Shown here piece after piece: positions 10,610-21,800 of a stretch of DNA of 64,000 nt (positions are counted from its first letter, which is position 1; each line of letters begins with the position of its first letter). The stretch comes from an uncultured Flavobacteriales bacterium (GTDB lineage: Bacteria; Bacteroidota; Bacteroidia; CAIKAF01): the NCBI GenBank assembly GCA_903837495.1, contig CAILUT010000011.1, positions 1,946 to 65,945 of the forward strand, read 5' to 3'. Below the pieces are notes generated by a model. It searched no databases and was not told where the DNA came from. It worked only from the letters and a program-made list of their open reading frames with translations. The translations under genes were made by a program, and so were the position numbers.

Positions 10610-10712
10610 AACGGCCTTTTTTGTGAACGCAGGTGGTTGAATTTTAATTAAAAACTTGTCTTCCACTTAGCGCCCTTCAATAGTTTTGCTAATTTCACAG
10701 CAAAATGACCCC

Positions 10713-12806
10713 ATGCGCCGAATACACCTTGCGTTTGCATTCTTAACCTTCTTTTTATTGGTTTCTCAGGCTCAATCTCAAAACCCTTGCCTAACCAGCG
10801 AGATGGTTCAAAAAGCCTTTCAAAACAACCCACATTTGCAAGTAGAGTTCGAGGCCTTTAACCAATGGGTTGCCGAACATGAATCTGAATTCACCCCAGG
10901 TGCCGAAGCCAATTACGTCATTCCGGTTGTGGTGCACGTAATTCACGACAACGGCATGGAATACATCTCCGACGCCCAAATTGCCGATGCCATTCGCATT
11001 CTAAACGAAGATTTCAATAAACTCAACGGCGATGCCAATCAAGTTTTGCCTTCGTTTCTTAGCCGAGTAGGCAACACTGGATTTGAATTTCGACTGGCAA
11101 AAAAAGACCCCGATGGCAATTGCAGCAACGGAATTACCCGTACTCAATCGTATTTAACCTACAACGCCGACGACAAAGCCAAAAGTCTTTCCTTTTGGCC
11201 TAGAAACAAATACTACAACATTTGGGTAGTCAACAGCATTGAAAGCAGCGGTGGAGGAATTATTGGAGGCTACGCCTACCTTCCGGGTACGGCTCCCAGT
11301 GCAGCTACCGACGGAATCATTTTAGACAACCGCTACACCGGAAGCATCGGGACTTCCAGCGGTGCCAACTTTAATTCCAGGGTTATTACCCACGAAACCG
11401 GCCACTTTTTTGGATTGTTGCACCCCTGGGGATTCAATGCTTGTGGTTCTGGCTGCGGAGACGACTTGGTATCGGACGTGCCGGCCACCAGTGGATCGTG
11501 CAACAATTGCAATTTGGCTCAAACCACCTGCGGATCGCTTGACAACGTTGAGAACTTTATGGATTATGCCATGTGCTCAAAAATGTTCACCGCCGGACAA
11601 GCCTCACGCATGAATACCGGCATCAATGCCAGCTCGGGACAGCGAAATTCGCTGTGGCAAAGCGCAAACCTAATTGCCACCGGCACCCAAACCGGGTTTA
11701 GCCAAAATTGCGCTCCCGTTGCCGATTTTCATGCCGACAAAACCACTGCCTGCACCGGCTCGGCCCTTTTGTTTACCGACCGCACGACAAACGCCACTCC
11801 AACCTCTTGGTCGTGGACCATAAGCAACGGATCCCAAACCTTGACCTCGACCGACCAAAACCCGTACATAACGTTTTCAGCTCCTGGCGATTACAACGTT
11901 ACCTTAACCGTAGCCTCGGCGGGCGGAACCAATTCAACAACCCGGCAAAAAGTGATTCGTATTTTCGATGCCAGTGCGGACGATCAAAACTGGATTTATT
12001 ACGACACCTTCAACAACAACCCGCTGAGTTTTGGACGCTGGACGGCCACCTCAACCCCCGATTCGCCCTTTGGATGGGAAACCTCCGCTCAAGTATTTTA
12101 CACTTGGCCCAACTCCCTAAAGATCAACAACAACGGAAGCCCCTTGGGAAAAAGGTACACCCTGATTAGCCCCTCCTACGATTTTTCGGCCATGAACGGG
12201 AATTTACGCATGAGTTACCGCTACGCTTTTGCAAAACGGGCCACCGGCAGCGAAGATCGTTTGCTGATTTCCATCAGCAGCAATTGCGGTCAAACCTGGA
12301 CCCTTAGAAAAACCATGACGGTGAACGACCTGGCCTCAAGCGGCATAAGCACGGCCGATTTTATTCCGGCGTCCAAAGCCGATTGGCGCAGCGACTCCCT
12401 TACCGGAACCATGCTTCAACCCTGGGCCAGCCGCACCAACGTGCGGATAAAGTTTGAGTTTATTTCAGGCGGGGGCAACCATTTTTATTTGGACGACATC
12501 AACATCTCGGGCCCTTTAAGCATTGAAAACGAATGGGATTCAAATACCCCCTTTAACCTATTCCCAAACCCCGCTCAGCATAACGTTACGCTAAGGTTCG
12601 CCCTTGAACAGCCCAGCCATTGTTCTTTTGCCCTGTACGACGTCAGCGGACGCCAGCTTTACAGCTGGACCGAATTTGCTGGAACCCAGCCTGCTGGAGC
12701 CCAAACCCGCGAACTTCAAATTCCAGAATACATTCAGGCTGGAACCTACCTGATTGGTCTGAATTTGAACGGTCAACAACACCTACAACGTTTAATCCTA
12801 AACTAA
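10713..12806 (+). CDS. M43 (pappalysin/cytophagalysin-like) zinc metalloprotease with PKD domain and T9SS C-terminal domain
   Basis: IPVVVHVIH, HETGHFFGLLH zinc motif, NFMDY Met-turn, PKD, LFPNPA...LYDVSGR...GTYLI CTD. Confidence 0.9.
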   Translation: MRRIHLAFAFLTFFLLVSQAQSQNPCLTSEMVQKAFQNNPHLQVEFEAFNQWVAEHESEFTPGAEANYVIPVVVHVIHDNGMEYISDAQIADAIRILNEDFNKLNGDANQVLPSFLSRVGNTGFEFRLAKKDPDGNCSNGITRTQSYLTYNADDKAKSLSFWPRNKYYNIWVVNSIESSGGGIIGGYAYLPGTAPSAATDGIILDNRYTGSIGTSSGANFNSRVITHETGHFFGLLHPWGFNACGSGCGDDLVSDVPATSGSCNNCNLAQTTCGSLDNVENFMDYAMCSKMFTAGQASRMNTGINASSGQRNSLWQSANLIATGTQTGFSQNCAPVADFHADKTTACTGSALLFTDRTTNATPTSWSWTISNGSQTLTSTDQNPYITFSAPGDYNVTLTVASAGGTNSTTRQKVIRIFDASADDQNWIYYDTFNNNPLSFGRWTATSTPDSPFGWETSAQVFYTWPNSLKINNNGSPLGKRYTLISPSYDFSAMNGNLRMSYRYAFAKRATGSEDRLLISISSNCGQTWTLRKTMTVNDLASSGISTADFIPASKADWRSDSLTGTMLQPWASRTNVRIKFEFISGGGNHFYLDDINISGPLSIENEWDSNTPFNLFPNPAQHNVTLRFALEQPSHCSFALYDVSGRQLYSWTEFAGTQPAGAQTRELQIPEYIQAGTYLIGLNLNGQQHLQRLILN

Positions 12807-13219
12807 TGGCCCTTGGAAAAATTGAACACCTCGGCATCGCAGTTAAAGACCTGCAGGCCTCGGAACACCTTTTTCAAGACCTCTTAGGCCTGCCTCCGTA
12901 CAAGCGAGAAAAAGTCGATTCCGAAGGGGTTGAAACCTCGTTTTTTATGGCCGGGAACAACAAAATTGAATTGCTTTCTGCCAGCAGCCCCGACAGCCCA
13001 ATTCAAAAATTTCTTGACAAAAACGGCGAGGGAATACACCACGTGGCTTTTCATGTTGAGGACCTTTTTCAAGAAATTGAACGGCTAAGTGCCGCTGGAT
13101 TTACAGTCCTTAACAACCCCCCAAAACAAGGAGCCGACGGCAAACTCATCGCTTTTTTGCACCCCAAAGGAACCGGGGGCGTCTTGATTGAACTCTGCCA
13201 AGATTTGCCCAATTTATGA
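12806..13219 (+). CDS. mce: methylmalonyl-CoA epimerase
   Basis: KIEHLGIAV, GEGIHHVAF, FLHPKGTGGVLIELCQ; ATG overlaps previous TAA. Confidence 0.93.
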   Translation: MALGKIEHLGIAVKDLQASEHLFQDLLGLPPYKREKVDSEGVETSFFMAGNNKIELLSASSPDSPIQKFLDKNGEGIHHVAFHVEDLFQEIERLSAAGFTVLNNPPKQGADGKLIAFLHPKGTGGVLIELCQDLPNL

Positions 13220-13854
13220 GTCCAAAAAACCTGATTTTTGACCTGGGCGGGGTGTTGTTCGACATCAACTACCAAGAACCTGGAAAACGATTCCAAGCTC
13301 TGGGCATGCAAGGGTTAAAAGATTTGTTTTTTAATCCCGATGCCAACAATCCTTTTCATGCCTACGAGCGGGGCCACATCAGCTCCGAAGAGTTTGCAGG
13401 GCATTTGCTTCGATTTGCCCCCCATCATGTTCAAATGGCAGACATTCAAGAAGCTTGGAATTCCATTTTAACCGAATTGCCCCTGCACCGCATCCAAATG
13501 CTGAGGCAGTTAAAACAAAAACACCGGCTTTTTCTTTTTTCAAACATCAACGATTGGCATTTGCAGGCGTATCGACAGCAATTGCCTGTTCCCTACACCG
13601 AATTTGAATCGCATTTTGAAGCCGTGTATTACAGCTGCGAAATAGGCCACCGCAAACCAGACCCTCAAGGCTTCCTACACATTCTGCAACAACAACAGCT
13701 AGAACCCGAAGAAACGGTATTTATTGATGATTTGATAGAAAACGCGCAGGGTGCAAGTCAGGTCGGAATTCAGGGCTGGCATTTAGATTTGAGCTCGGGC
13801 GCCTGTATAGAATCTTTGCTGCGCGAAAAAGGCCTGCTGGATTCATTCCCCTAA
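13216..13854 (+). CDS. HAD family phosphatase (YihX-like)
   Basis: FDLGGV motif I, SN, RKPD, FIDD motifs. Confidence 0.88.
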   Translation: MSPKNLIFDLGGVLFDINYQEPGKRFQALGMQGLKDLFFNPDANNPFHAYERGHISSEEFAGHLLRFAPHHVQMADIQEAWNSILTELPLHRIQMLRQLKQKHRLFLFSNINDWHLQAYRQQLPVPYTEFESHFEAVYYSCEIGHRKPDPQGFLHILQQQQLEPEETVFIDDLIENAQGASQVGIQGWHLDLSSGACIESLLREKGLLDSFP

Positions 13855-13865
13855 AAAAAAATTGA

Positions 13866-14666
13866 ATGGTAGATTCCCATTCCAGTTCGGCTGCGCGCAA
13901 GGGCGCACGCAGCATGGCCGAAATTCCAGCGCACACCTTACAGGCACTAGAAAATGGAAGCCTACCCACCGCAAATTTGGTGGAATCGCTGGCTGTTAAC
14001 CAGGCAAAACTGGCCATACATTTGCTAAATCGGTTGAATTTTAACCCTGATTTTGAGCGGCAGCAGGCCCTGCTTCAAGCTCAAAATTTGGGATTTCTAC
14101 AGCGCTGCAAAACCATTGCTGGCCTAATACAACAGCAAGTACAACTTGAGGTTCCGCTCGAACTTCAGAACCATCCTTCAGACATTGTGCGCTGCTGGGC
14201 ACTGTTTTGGACTCCCAAAAATCCAAATTCCATTCCGGCTGAACTGCAGCGCCTAAGGCCGTTTGCCGACGACACGCATTTCGCTGTGCGCGAAATGGCC
14301 TGGCTCGCAATGCGCCCGCTTGCCGTCGAAAAAACAGCAGAACTTATCGATGCGCTGCGGCCTTGGACTCTGGAACCGAGCGAAAACCTTCGGCGCTTTG
14401 CTGCTGAAGCGACACGCCCGCGGGGGGTGTGGGCCGCCCACATTCCCAGCTTAAAGGCCCAGCCCGAGTTGGCCCAAGCCCTGCTGGACAATCTGTGCAA
14501 AGACCCTGCACAGTATGTACAAAACAGCGTCGGAAATTGGCTGAACGATGCCGGAAAAACGCGGCCCGACTTTGTATTTGCCTGCCGCGACCGCTGGATG
14601 CAAAGCCCCAATCCTGCGACCGAGTATATTATAAAGCGAGGCCTTCGAAGTTTAGTCAAGTGTTGA
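13866..14666 (+). CDS. DNA alkylation repair protein (HEAT-like repeat family)
   Basis: FAVREMAW, RRFAAEATRPRGVW, DPAQYVQNSVGNWLNDA motifs. Confidence 0.8.
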   Translation: MVDSHSSSAARKGARSMAEIPAHTLQALENGSLPTANLVESLAVNQAKLAIHLLNRLNFNPDFERQQALLQAQNLGFLQRCKTIAGLIQQQVQLEVPLELQNHPSDIVRCWALFWTPKNPNSIPAELQRLRPFADDTHFAVREMAWLAMRPLAVEKTAELIDALRPWTLEPSENLRRFAAEATRPRGVWAAHIPSLKAQPELAQALLDNLCKDPAQYVQNSVGNWLNDAGKTRPDFVFACRDRWMQSPNPATEYIIKRGLRSLVKC

Positions 14667-14679
14667 TTTATGTTTTTTA

Positions 14680-14821
14680 GGGCGGCAGCGGGCTTTCGCC
14701 GGTTGTCCGCGGTTGCCGGGGGCTGGCCCAGCGGGCTTGCGGTGGCTCCTAAAGTCGCCTCCGCGCCACGCGGGCCAGTCCCCCGCCACCCTTGCGGGCA
14801 ACCCAGCTCAATCCCTGTCGC
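14680..14821 (-). repeat. structured intergenic repeat element, copy 1
   Basis: minus strand reads GCGACAGGGATTGA...GGAGGCGACTTTAGGAGCC...GCGGACAACCGGCGAAAGCCCGCTGCCGCCC; self-complementary arms. Confidence 0.92.
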
Positions 14822-14890
14822 AGGCCACCTGCATAAAAATCCAGTTCCAATTTCTACTTACCTTTAAGGGCCTTTCCTAGCCCTTACCGC

Positions 14891-15541
14891 ATGCGCTTAC
14901 ATTCTCAAAAAAAATGGCTTGTTCTTTTGCTGTTCATTTGCATTGTGGGTATTTCGGGAATCTACCTTTGGGATTTCTCGGAACAGCCAGCCGAAAACAA
15001 ATCCAACCCCCATTTAAGCAAAGAACAGATAAAAACCTTGCGCCCCGGCGACATTCTGCTGCGTGAAGGGTATGGATTGGTAAGCACAACCATTGCCGAT
15101 CGTTTAAAAGGCAAATACCGGTTTTCGCATTGCGGAGTTTTGGTTGACACCGATTCGGGCTTTCAGGTAATCCATACGGTTTCTAGCTCCTTGTCGAACA
15201 TTGACGGAATGCAGCAATGTTCCTTGGAAGAATTTGTTCGGCAAAGCAAACCCGGCAGCTTGGCAGTGAGCCGACTTAAAAACGCCAAAGACCGAGTTAT
15301 TTTGGTTGGGCAGACGCTTAGGTACTTGGAACAACGGGTGGCATTTGACCACCGATTTGATGCCCAAGACAGCAGCAGCTTGTTTTGTTCCGAATTGATT
15401 TGGAGGGGGCTGATTCGTGGCGGTGGTAGCGATATAACAAAGCCCCACAGACAAAATGCCTGGGGGCTTTACAGTTTTGATATGTTTTTAAACGAAGCGT
15501 TTTTTGAGGTGGTTTTTTTTCAAAAAACGCCGCAGAATTAA
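14891..15541 (+). CDS. permuted papain-like amidase (YiiX/YebB NlpC/P60 family)
   Basis: LRPGDILLR, FSHCGV (His) before LFCSELIW (Cys); N-terminal TM. Confidence 0.85.
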   Translation: MRLHSQKKWLVLLLFICIVGISGIYLWDFSEQPAENKSNPHLSKEQIKTLRPGDILLREGYGLVSTTIADRLKGKYRFSHCGVLVDTDSGFQVIHTVSSSLSNIDGMQQCSLEEFVRQSKPGSLAVSRLKNAKDRVILVGQTLRYLEQRVAFDHRFDAQDSSSLFCSELIWRGLIRGGGSDITKPHRQNAWGLYSFDMFLNEAFFEVVFFQKTPQN

Positions 15542-16011
15542 TAGTCCTTCATTTCTGCCGATGAATCGATGGCAGGCACTTCTTCATCCATCTCCGCTTC
15601 AAACGCATCCAGATTTTCTTCCATTTCTTCTTCTTTGTTCAAATCTTCCTTGCTCATACTAACCAGCCATTTGCCCTCTTCTTTCACCATTTTCAAGGTC
15701 TCGGGTTCCTTGTTTCCTTCCAACTGATAGGTAACCACCGCTGTATCGCCATCAATGGTTTCGCCTACCATAACAATGGTTCTTGGCTTTTTGTCTTCTT
15801 CCGTCAGCATAGAGGCAAATTCCTTGAGGCCATCGAGGAGTTCACCGGTCGATTTGCTGCCATATTGCTTGGCTTCTTCAAATTCAAAGGCATAAAAGTG
15901 GGTCAAAAACTTTTCGGCATTTTTGCTGGGTTTTTCAGCGAAAAAGCTGCAGGAAAAAAGCAGGGTACTAAGTCCCAAATAGAGAGAAAGATACAAAAAA
16001 CGGTTTTTCAT
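15538..16011 (-). CDS. lipoprotein, DUF4878-like
   Basis: lipobox LFSC; GDTAVVTY...MVKEEGKWLV; acidic tail. Confidence 0.7.
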   Translation of the reverse strand: MKNRFLYLSLYLGLSTLLFSCSFFAEKPSKNAEKFLTHFYAFEFEEAKQYGSKSTGELLDGLKEFASMLTEEDKKPRTIVMVGETIDGDTAVVTYQLEGNKEPETLKMVKEEGKWLVSMSKEDLNKEEEMEENLDAFEAEMDEEVPAIDSSAEMKDY

Positions 16012-16093
16012 AAAGGGCTTGATAAAATGATTTGAGTTAAAGGTAATAAATATAGGAGTGTACCAAAAAAAACGCCGGGCAATTTGGCTAAAA

Positions 16094-16384
16094 TCAAAGA
16101 ACCTGAACCTCTTCCACGGTTCCTGTGCCCAAAATCTTATTCATTTCTTCGCGAATAATTGAACGTTCCATGTGGATTTCTTGCTTTAAGGCGGCCGACT
16201 GAATGAAGATTTTTAAAACACCCTTTTTAAATTCCACCTTGCTGGTTCTGCTCGCGATAAAAGGCCCTGCATATTGCTTCCAAGCTGCAGAGGCTCGATG
16301 GGCGGTGAGCCCTTCTTGCAGACGGTACTTTTTCATCAAGGCCTCAATGGCTCCTTTTAAGGTATGTTCGTTGGTCGATTTCAC
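16094..16384 (-). CDS. DUF721 (DciA-like) protein
   Basis: AWKQYAGPFIA..T, GVLKIFIQSAALKQEI; directly downstream of recF. Confidence 0.85.
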   Translation of the reverse strand: MKSTNEHTLKGAIEALMKKYRLQEGLTAHRASAAWKQYAGPFIASRTSKVEFKKGVLKIFIQSAALKQEIHMERSIIREEMNKILGTGTVEEVQVL

Positions 16385-16387
16385 GGC

Positions 16388-17470
16388 TTAAAGTTCATGA
16401 AATCGAGCGGGAATGTCAAGGATTTTCAACACTTCGGCTAGTTTTTGTTCTCCGGTATCGGTCAGTAAGACTTGATCTACCTCGCCCGAGTTGGCCCAAG
16501 CCAGCAAACGTCGAACCCGTTCTGGGTCTAATTTATCAAACACATCGTCCAACAACAAAACCGGGGCAAGCCCCAATTTATTTCGTAAAAATGCGTGTTC
16601 GGCCAACTTCAAAGCCACCAAATAGGTTTTTTGTTGGCCTTGCGAACCGAACTTTTTCAGGTTATGGCCTTTCAGCTCAAAGCCCAAATCATCGCGGTGG
16701 GGACCTAAGGTCGTAAATTGGGCTTGAAGGTCTTTATTGCGGCTAGCCCGCCATTGTTCCTCAAACACATCGGGAAGGGCACAGGCTTCATACCTTAATT
16801 TAGGCTGCTCCCCGTATTGGGCCAATTGCTCATAATACCGTTGAAAAACAGGCATAAAAAGCGCTATGAATTCAATTCTGCCATTCAATATGCGCATTGC
16901 CAAAGGAACAATTTGCTCGTCCATAACTTGCAAATAGGCCAAATCAGGCCGCTCTGTTTTCAAAAACGCATTGCGCTGCAAAATAGCCCGGTTGTATCGA
17001 ATCAACGAATCCAAATACAGGGAATCGTATTGAGAAATCAAGGCATCTAAAAACCGGCGCCGGCCCTCGCTTCCCCCTGTTACCAAGGCTCCGTCTTGGG
17101 GAGCAATCACCACGGTGGGGAACCTGCCCATGTGTTCTGAAAGCCGAGGACTGGTTTTTTGATTCCATTTTAGCACTTTCCCTTTTTGCTTGCTAAAACT
17201 CAAGTAAACCTGCTTTGCGGTTTCAGCTTCCTGCAGCTCGGCTTCCAGCATAAAAAAGGCCGAAGGGTCCTCGGCCAAATCCCAAGGATAGCTGGTTTGG
17301 TCAGAAGATTGCAAAAAGCTTTTTGTCATTGACAGGTAATGCACCGCGTCCAGCACATTGGTTTTTCCGCATCCATTGGGGCCAATTAGGGCGTTCACAC
17401 CCGGACCAAACTGAAGTTTCAGTTCGGGGTGGTTCCGAAATTGAACCAAGTGCAGGGAATTCAAATACAT
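16388..17470 (-). CDS. recF: DNA replication/repair protein RecF
   Basis: MYLNSLHLVQFRN start, GPNGCGKTN Walker A, GPHRDDL, GSQGQQK, LLLDDVFDKLD. Confidence 0.96.
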   Translation of the reverse strand: MYLNSLHLVQFRNHPELKLQFGPGVNALIGPNGCGKTNVLDAVHYLSMTKSFLQSSDQTSYPWDLAEDPSAFFMLEAELQEAETAKQVYLSFSKQKGKVLKWNQKTSPRLSEHMGRFPTVVIAPQDGALVTGGSEGRRRFLDALISQYDSLYLDSLIRYNRAILQRNAFLKTERPDLAYLQVMDEQIVPLAMRILNGRIEFIALFMPVFQRYYEQLAQYGEQPKLRYEACALPDVFEEQWRASRNKDLQAQFTTLGPHRDDLGFELKGHNLKKFGSQGQQKTYLVALKLAEHAFLRNKLGLAPVLLLDDVFDKLDPERVRRLLAWANSGEVDQVLLTDTGEQKLAEVLKILDIPARFHEL

Positions 17471-17575
17471 GGTACGAAGGTAGAAATATGCAGGCAAATG
17501 CAGGGGCCTATTTCCGTAGGCTGCACCCAAGTAAAGAAACAGACAAAAGCCACCCACCTTCGCTGTAGGGAATGC

Positions 17576-17583
17576 TACCTTTG
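17576..17583 (+). promoter_or_regulatory. Bacteroidota -7 promoter element
   Basis: TACCTTTG 19 nt before ATG 17603. Confidence 0.55.
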
Positions 17584-17602
17584 AGCATCAATCTAAACTC
17601 CG

Positions 17603-18479
17603 ATGCATATTCCTAGCCTTGTTTTAATTGGCTTTTTGTTTTTAAGTGCCTGTGAACCAAAAACCACACAGAAAACAGAGCCACCGAGTCAAACAGCAGC
17701 GTTTATTTCAACCAATTGCGGCAGCTGCCATGGGATTTGGATTAACAGAACAGGCATCGGCTCCGAATTTAATTCAGGTGAAGAAAAGCTGGATACAAGC
17801 CTATCCAGAAAAGCAAGAGTTCATCGATCAAATGGCCTCGTTCCTATTGCAACCCGAGGTCCAAAAAAGCCGAATGCAAGGAGCGGTAAAAACCTATGGA
17901 CTTATGCCTAAAATGGGCTATACTTTAAATCAGGCAAAAGAAATAGCGGCTTGGTTGTACAACCACGAACCGGTCGATTCGAATGCAGCCACCCCAAGCC
18001 CAGATGAGAATCCCCTAGAAAAGGGACGCAGCATTGCCCTTGCAGCCAAAGCGGCCTTGGGCAAACAACTCATGAGCAGATTAAAAGAAGGAGGTCCGGT
18101 GGCCGCCATAGACTTTTGCCAACTGAATGCCCTACCTATTACCGACAGCGTGTCAAAAACCAAAGGAGCGGAGGTAAGAAGAATTACAGACAAAGCTAGG
18201 AACCCGAAAAATGCGTGCAGTGCGGAGGAATTCACCTTGCTTCAGAGCTGGAAAACGGATTTGGCCTTGGGGAAACAACCCGAAGCCGTATTGGTAGATG
18301 GGAGCGGGCATATTCTGGGTTATTACCCCATATTTACGGAAGAAAAATGCTTGGCTTGCCATGGAAAGCCGAGTCTGGAGCTAAAGCAAATTTTGCAAAA
18401 ACGCTATCCGACGGATTTGGCGTTGGGTTACGATGTGGGGCAAATTCGAGGGGCATTCCGGGTGCGAATGCCCAAATAA
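17603..18479 (+). pseudogene. frameshifted di-heme c-type cytochrome lipoprotein with DUF3365/Tll0287-like C-terminal domain
   Basis: first frame gives lipobox LSAC and CGSCH; second frame gives YGLMP, AIDFCQLNA, RNPKN, CLACHG, GYDVGQIRGAF; removing one G at 17732-17734 fuses them into a 291-aa ORF. Confidence 0.75.
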
Positions 18480-18510
18480 AAAAGGGATGATTTGTCCATT
18501 GATTTGGCCT

Positions 18511-18654
18511 GCGGCAGGGATTGACAGGGCTAGCGCGCAAAGGCTAGGGCCAAAACCAGCCTGAGGCGGAAGGGGCGACCTTGGGAGCCCCCTTGCGCCC
18601 AGTGCAGGTTTGGCCTTAGCCTGCGTACTAGCCCAGAAAGCCCGGCTGCCGCCC
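18511..18654 (+). repeat. structured intergenic repeat element, copy 2
   Basis: GCGGCAGGGATTGA...GGGGCGACCTTGGGAGCCCC...CTAGCCCAGAAAGCCCGGCTGCCGCCC; arm AGGCTAGGGCCAAA pairs with TTTGGCCTTAGCCT. Confidence 0.92.
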
Positions 18655-18851
18655 AAAGCCACAGTACAATGAAGACCAAATTCCATTAAAAAACCCGTAA
18701 ACTTTTCGTTGCTTAAACTCCAGAATGCACCCTGAATTAGGGCAGCATCATATCTTTTTTTCTTTTTTAATTTGATTATTAGGCCGTTGTGAATTGGGGT
18801 TTGAGCAGAAAAAAAAACAACCCGTTCGTTTTTAATAAACAATAACAATTC

Positions 18852-18859
18852 TATATTTG
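18852..18859 (+). promoter_or_regulatory. Bacteroidota -7 promoter element
   Basis: TATATTTG 26 nt before ATG 18886. Confidence 0.55.
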
Positions 18860-18885
18860 TACAAAGCGAATTAAACCCTTTCAAA

Positions 18886-21800
18886 ATGGACAATAGAAAC
18901 TTACTTTCCCTACGGAATGGTGTATGGAGTTTTATTTTGGTTGCCTCAAGCCTAATTCCCATGCACAGCCAAGTGGTTTGCAACAACAATTTGGGTTCAA
19001 TTAGTCCAAATTTGAATTGGCAATATTTTAATCACACATCTCGGGGGTATGTAACTTTTCAAGCTCAGGCAGGGTGTACCTATCAGTTCACCTATTGCAA
19101 CAGCATTGCCCCTTCCGCTTCCTATTCAAGTGATCCGTATTTAAACATTACGAGTGGGCCGACTTCTGGCAACATAGCGGCGAACGATGATTGGTGTGGA
19201 GCGGGAAGCAATCTCCAATGGACAGCCTCATCAACAGGTCTCTTTTATTTGCAATTGGGCAATTGCTGTTCTTCCGGTTGCGGCAGCATTAATTCGCGCA
19301 ATTTAGGATATAGGTCCACAAATTGTTCAGGCGGCGTACCCGATCCTACTGGGGCTAGTTCATCTTCAAGTTCCATTTGTGCGAACCAAACTGTAAGCTT
19401 AACAGCCACGGGGGGAAATGGAGTGGTTTATTGGTATTCAGGGACATGTGGAGGTTCTCTTGTGGGTACGGGGACAACCATCAACGCAACACCCTCAACC
19501 ACAACCACGTATTTTGCCCGGAATTTCAACAACGGACAGTTTAGCTCTGGATGCGCCAGCACCACCGTTACTGTAAATCCAAACCCAGCAGCGCCTACCA
19601 TCACGGCAAGTGGTCCTTTGTCTTTTTGCAGCGGAGACAGCCTTCAATTAACCTCAAGTTATGCAACAGGAAATACCTGGAGTACAGGTGCCACAACCGC
19701 CACTATTGTTGTAAATGCGGCGGGCAATTTCCAAGTTTCACACACCAATGTAAATGGGTGTCAATCGGGGCTATCCACATCAACCACAACCACATTGCTC
19801 CCCCTTCCTCAGGCGCCCATCATTACGAACCTCAACGGGTTGGTTGGATGTGCCTACGATACCACGTTTTTGCAATCGAATTTGCCGAACAACATAAGTT
19901 GGAGTACGGGAGCTAGCGGCCAAACGATTGCAGCAACGGTTCAGGGTTCATACACAGCTCGGGTAACCGATGCGAACAATTGCACCTCGGTGCCCTCGAA
20001 TGCCTTAACCGTAACGGTGAATCCGGCTCCGGTCATTGCCTCGGCCTCTACTCCTACCGTTTGCGAAGGTCTTCCTACCCCTTTTAATGCCAACGTTCAA
20101 TTGGGCAACACCAACAATGCCAACATTTCCAGTGTAGTTTGGACCTTTGGCGACAACAACACAGGAAACACCCTAAACAGCCCTCATTTCTATGCCAGTC
20201 CGGGTACGTATTCGGTTTCCCTGATTGTAAACAGCAACCATGGCTGCAGCGACACGCTTCAAACCACGGTTTTGGTGAATCCAAAGCCGGTTATTGCAAG
20301 CACAAGCGGCGCAGCAGTGTGCCACAGCAATGCGACCTCATTTAATCAGGCTTCAAACGTATCGAACGTAAACGGAGGCAGTTTAGCTGGGTATGTATGG
20401 AACTTTGGAGACGGCAACAGCAGCACCCAATCGGCCCCTGTTCACACCTACATTCAACCCGGAAGCTATAATGTACAGGTTATTGCCTCTACAAATCAAG
20501 GCTGTTCCGATACGGCTACATTGACGGCCCTTGTTCATCCCAATCCGGTTTTGGGGAATGTTGGCATTCCGGCTGCTTGTGCAGGAAACGCCAGCGCCTT
20601 AAATGTCGGTGTTTCTTTAGCCAACATCAATGGAGCCCAAATCACTTCTACGGTTTGGAATACCGGCGATGGTGGCAGTGCCAATGGATTGCAAACCTCG
20701 CACAGCTATACGAATCCGGGCAGCTATACCGCCCAGGTTGTGGTGCTAACCAACCATGGCTGTTCCGATACTGCCGTTGGAACGGCGGTGTTGAATCCGG
20801 TACCTCAAATCACAAGTACCAACTTCCCAGACGTGTGTTTTGGGTCTCCTACCCTATTTCTTCAAAATTCAAGCTTGTCGAATGTGAATGGAGCTCAAAT
20901 TACGGGGTATGTATGGAGCTTTGGAGATGGCAGCAGCAGCCCATCAATGAACCCAACCAAAACCTATGCACAAACGGGAGCTTTCCCCGTAAGTGTTACC
21001 ATAAATACAAACCAGAACTGCCCTACTGTATTCTATGATACGGTTTTGGTGAATCCCTTCCCTGTAATTAGCAGCGTATCGGCTGCCGATGTATGCCAAG
21101 GTTCGGCCAGCAATTTCGTTCAATCCAGTTCAGTACCTCCAGTAAATGGGTCGGTGGTAAATTCCTATCAATGGAATTTTGGCGGTGGAAACACCAGTAC
21201 ACAGGCCAATCCTTCGTTTGCCTTTGCGAATGCCGGAACGTACGTGGCCAATCTTACCGTAACCACAAATTACGGTTGCAGCGTATCTTCGAGCGGTCAG
21301 GCCATTGTAAATCCCAACCCGGTGATTTCAAGCATGGCGGTTGGCGATGTATGCGAAGGAAACAGCAGTGCATTTTCTGCATCGGCCTTTGTATTGCCGG
21401 CCAACGGCTCGGTCATCAGCAGCAGCAACTGGAATTTGGGCGACGGGAATCAATCGGCCCAAACCAACTTTAACCACACCTATGCGGTGGCGGGTCAATA
21501 CACCACAACCTTAACGGTGAGCAGCAACAACGGCTGCAGCAGTTCACAAACCTTGGTTACGGACGTGAATCCCAATCCGAGCATTTCGACGGCCAGCGTA
21601 AACACCGTTTGCCAAGAAGAATTTAGTGCATTCAATGCCATGGCCTCAGTGCTGAACATCAATGGAGCTGTTTTATCTGGGTACCAATGGAATTATGGCG
21701 ATGGCAATACAGGAGGCAGCAACGCTCCCAACCACGTTTATGGAAACTGGGGCAGCTATTCTTGGACAGTAACCGCGACCACCAACCATGGCTGCAGCGA

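Noticed and set aside
14670..14867. Short ORFs over the repeat copies (also 24562-24960, 24791-25051, 56476-56676, 18334-18540) sharing peptides such as LPAKAR
   Set aside because: The similarity comes from the GC-rich DNA repeat. Starts, stops and frames are not conserved between copies.
18511..18654. Riboswitch or tRNA identity for the hairpin elements
   Set aside because: No cloverleaf or T-loop motif. Most copies are 3' of genes or between convergent genes with unrelated functions.
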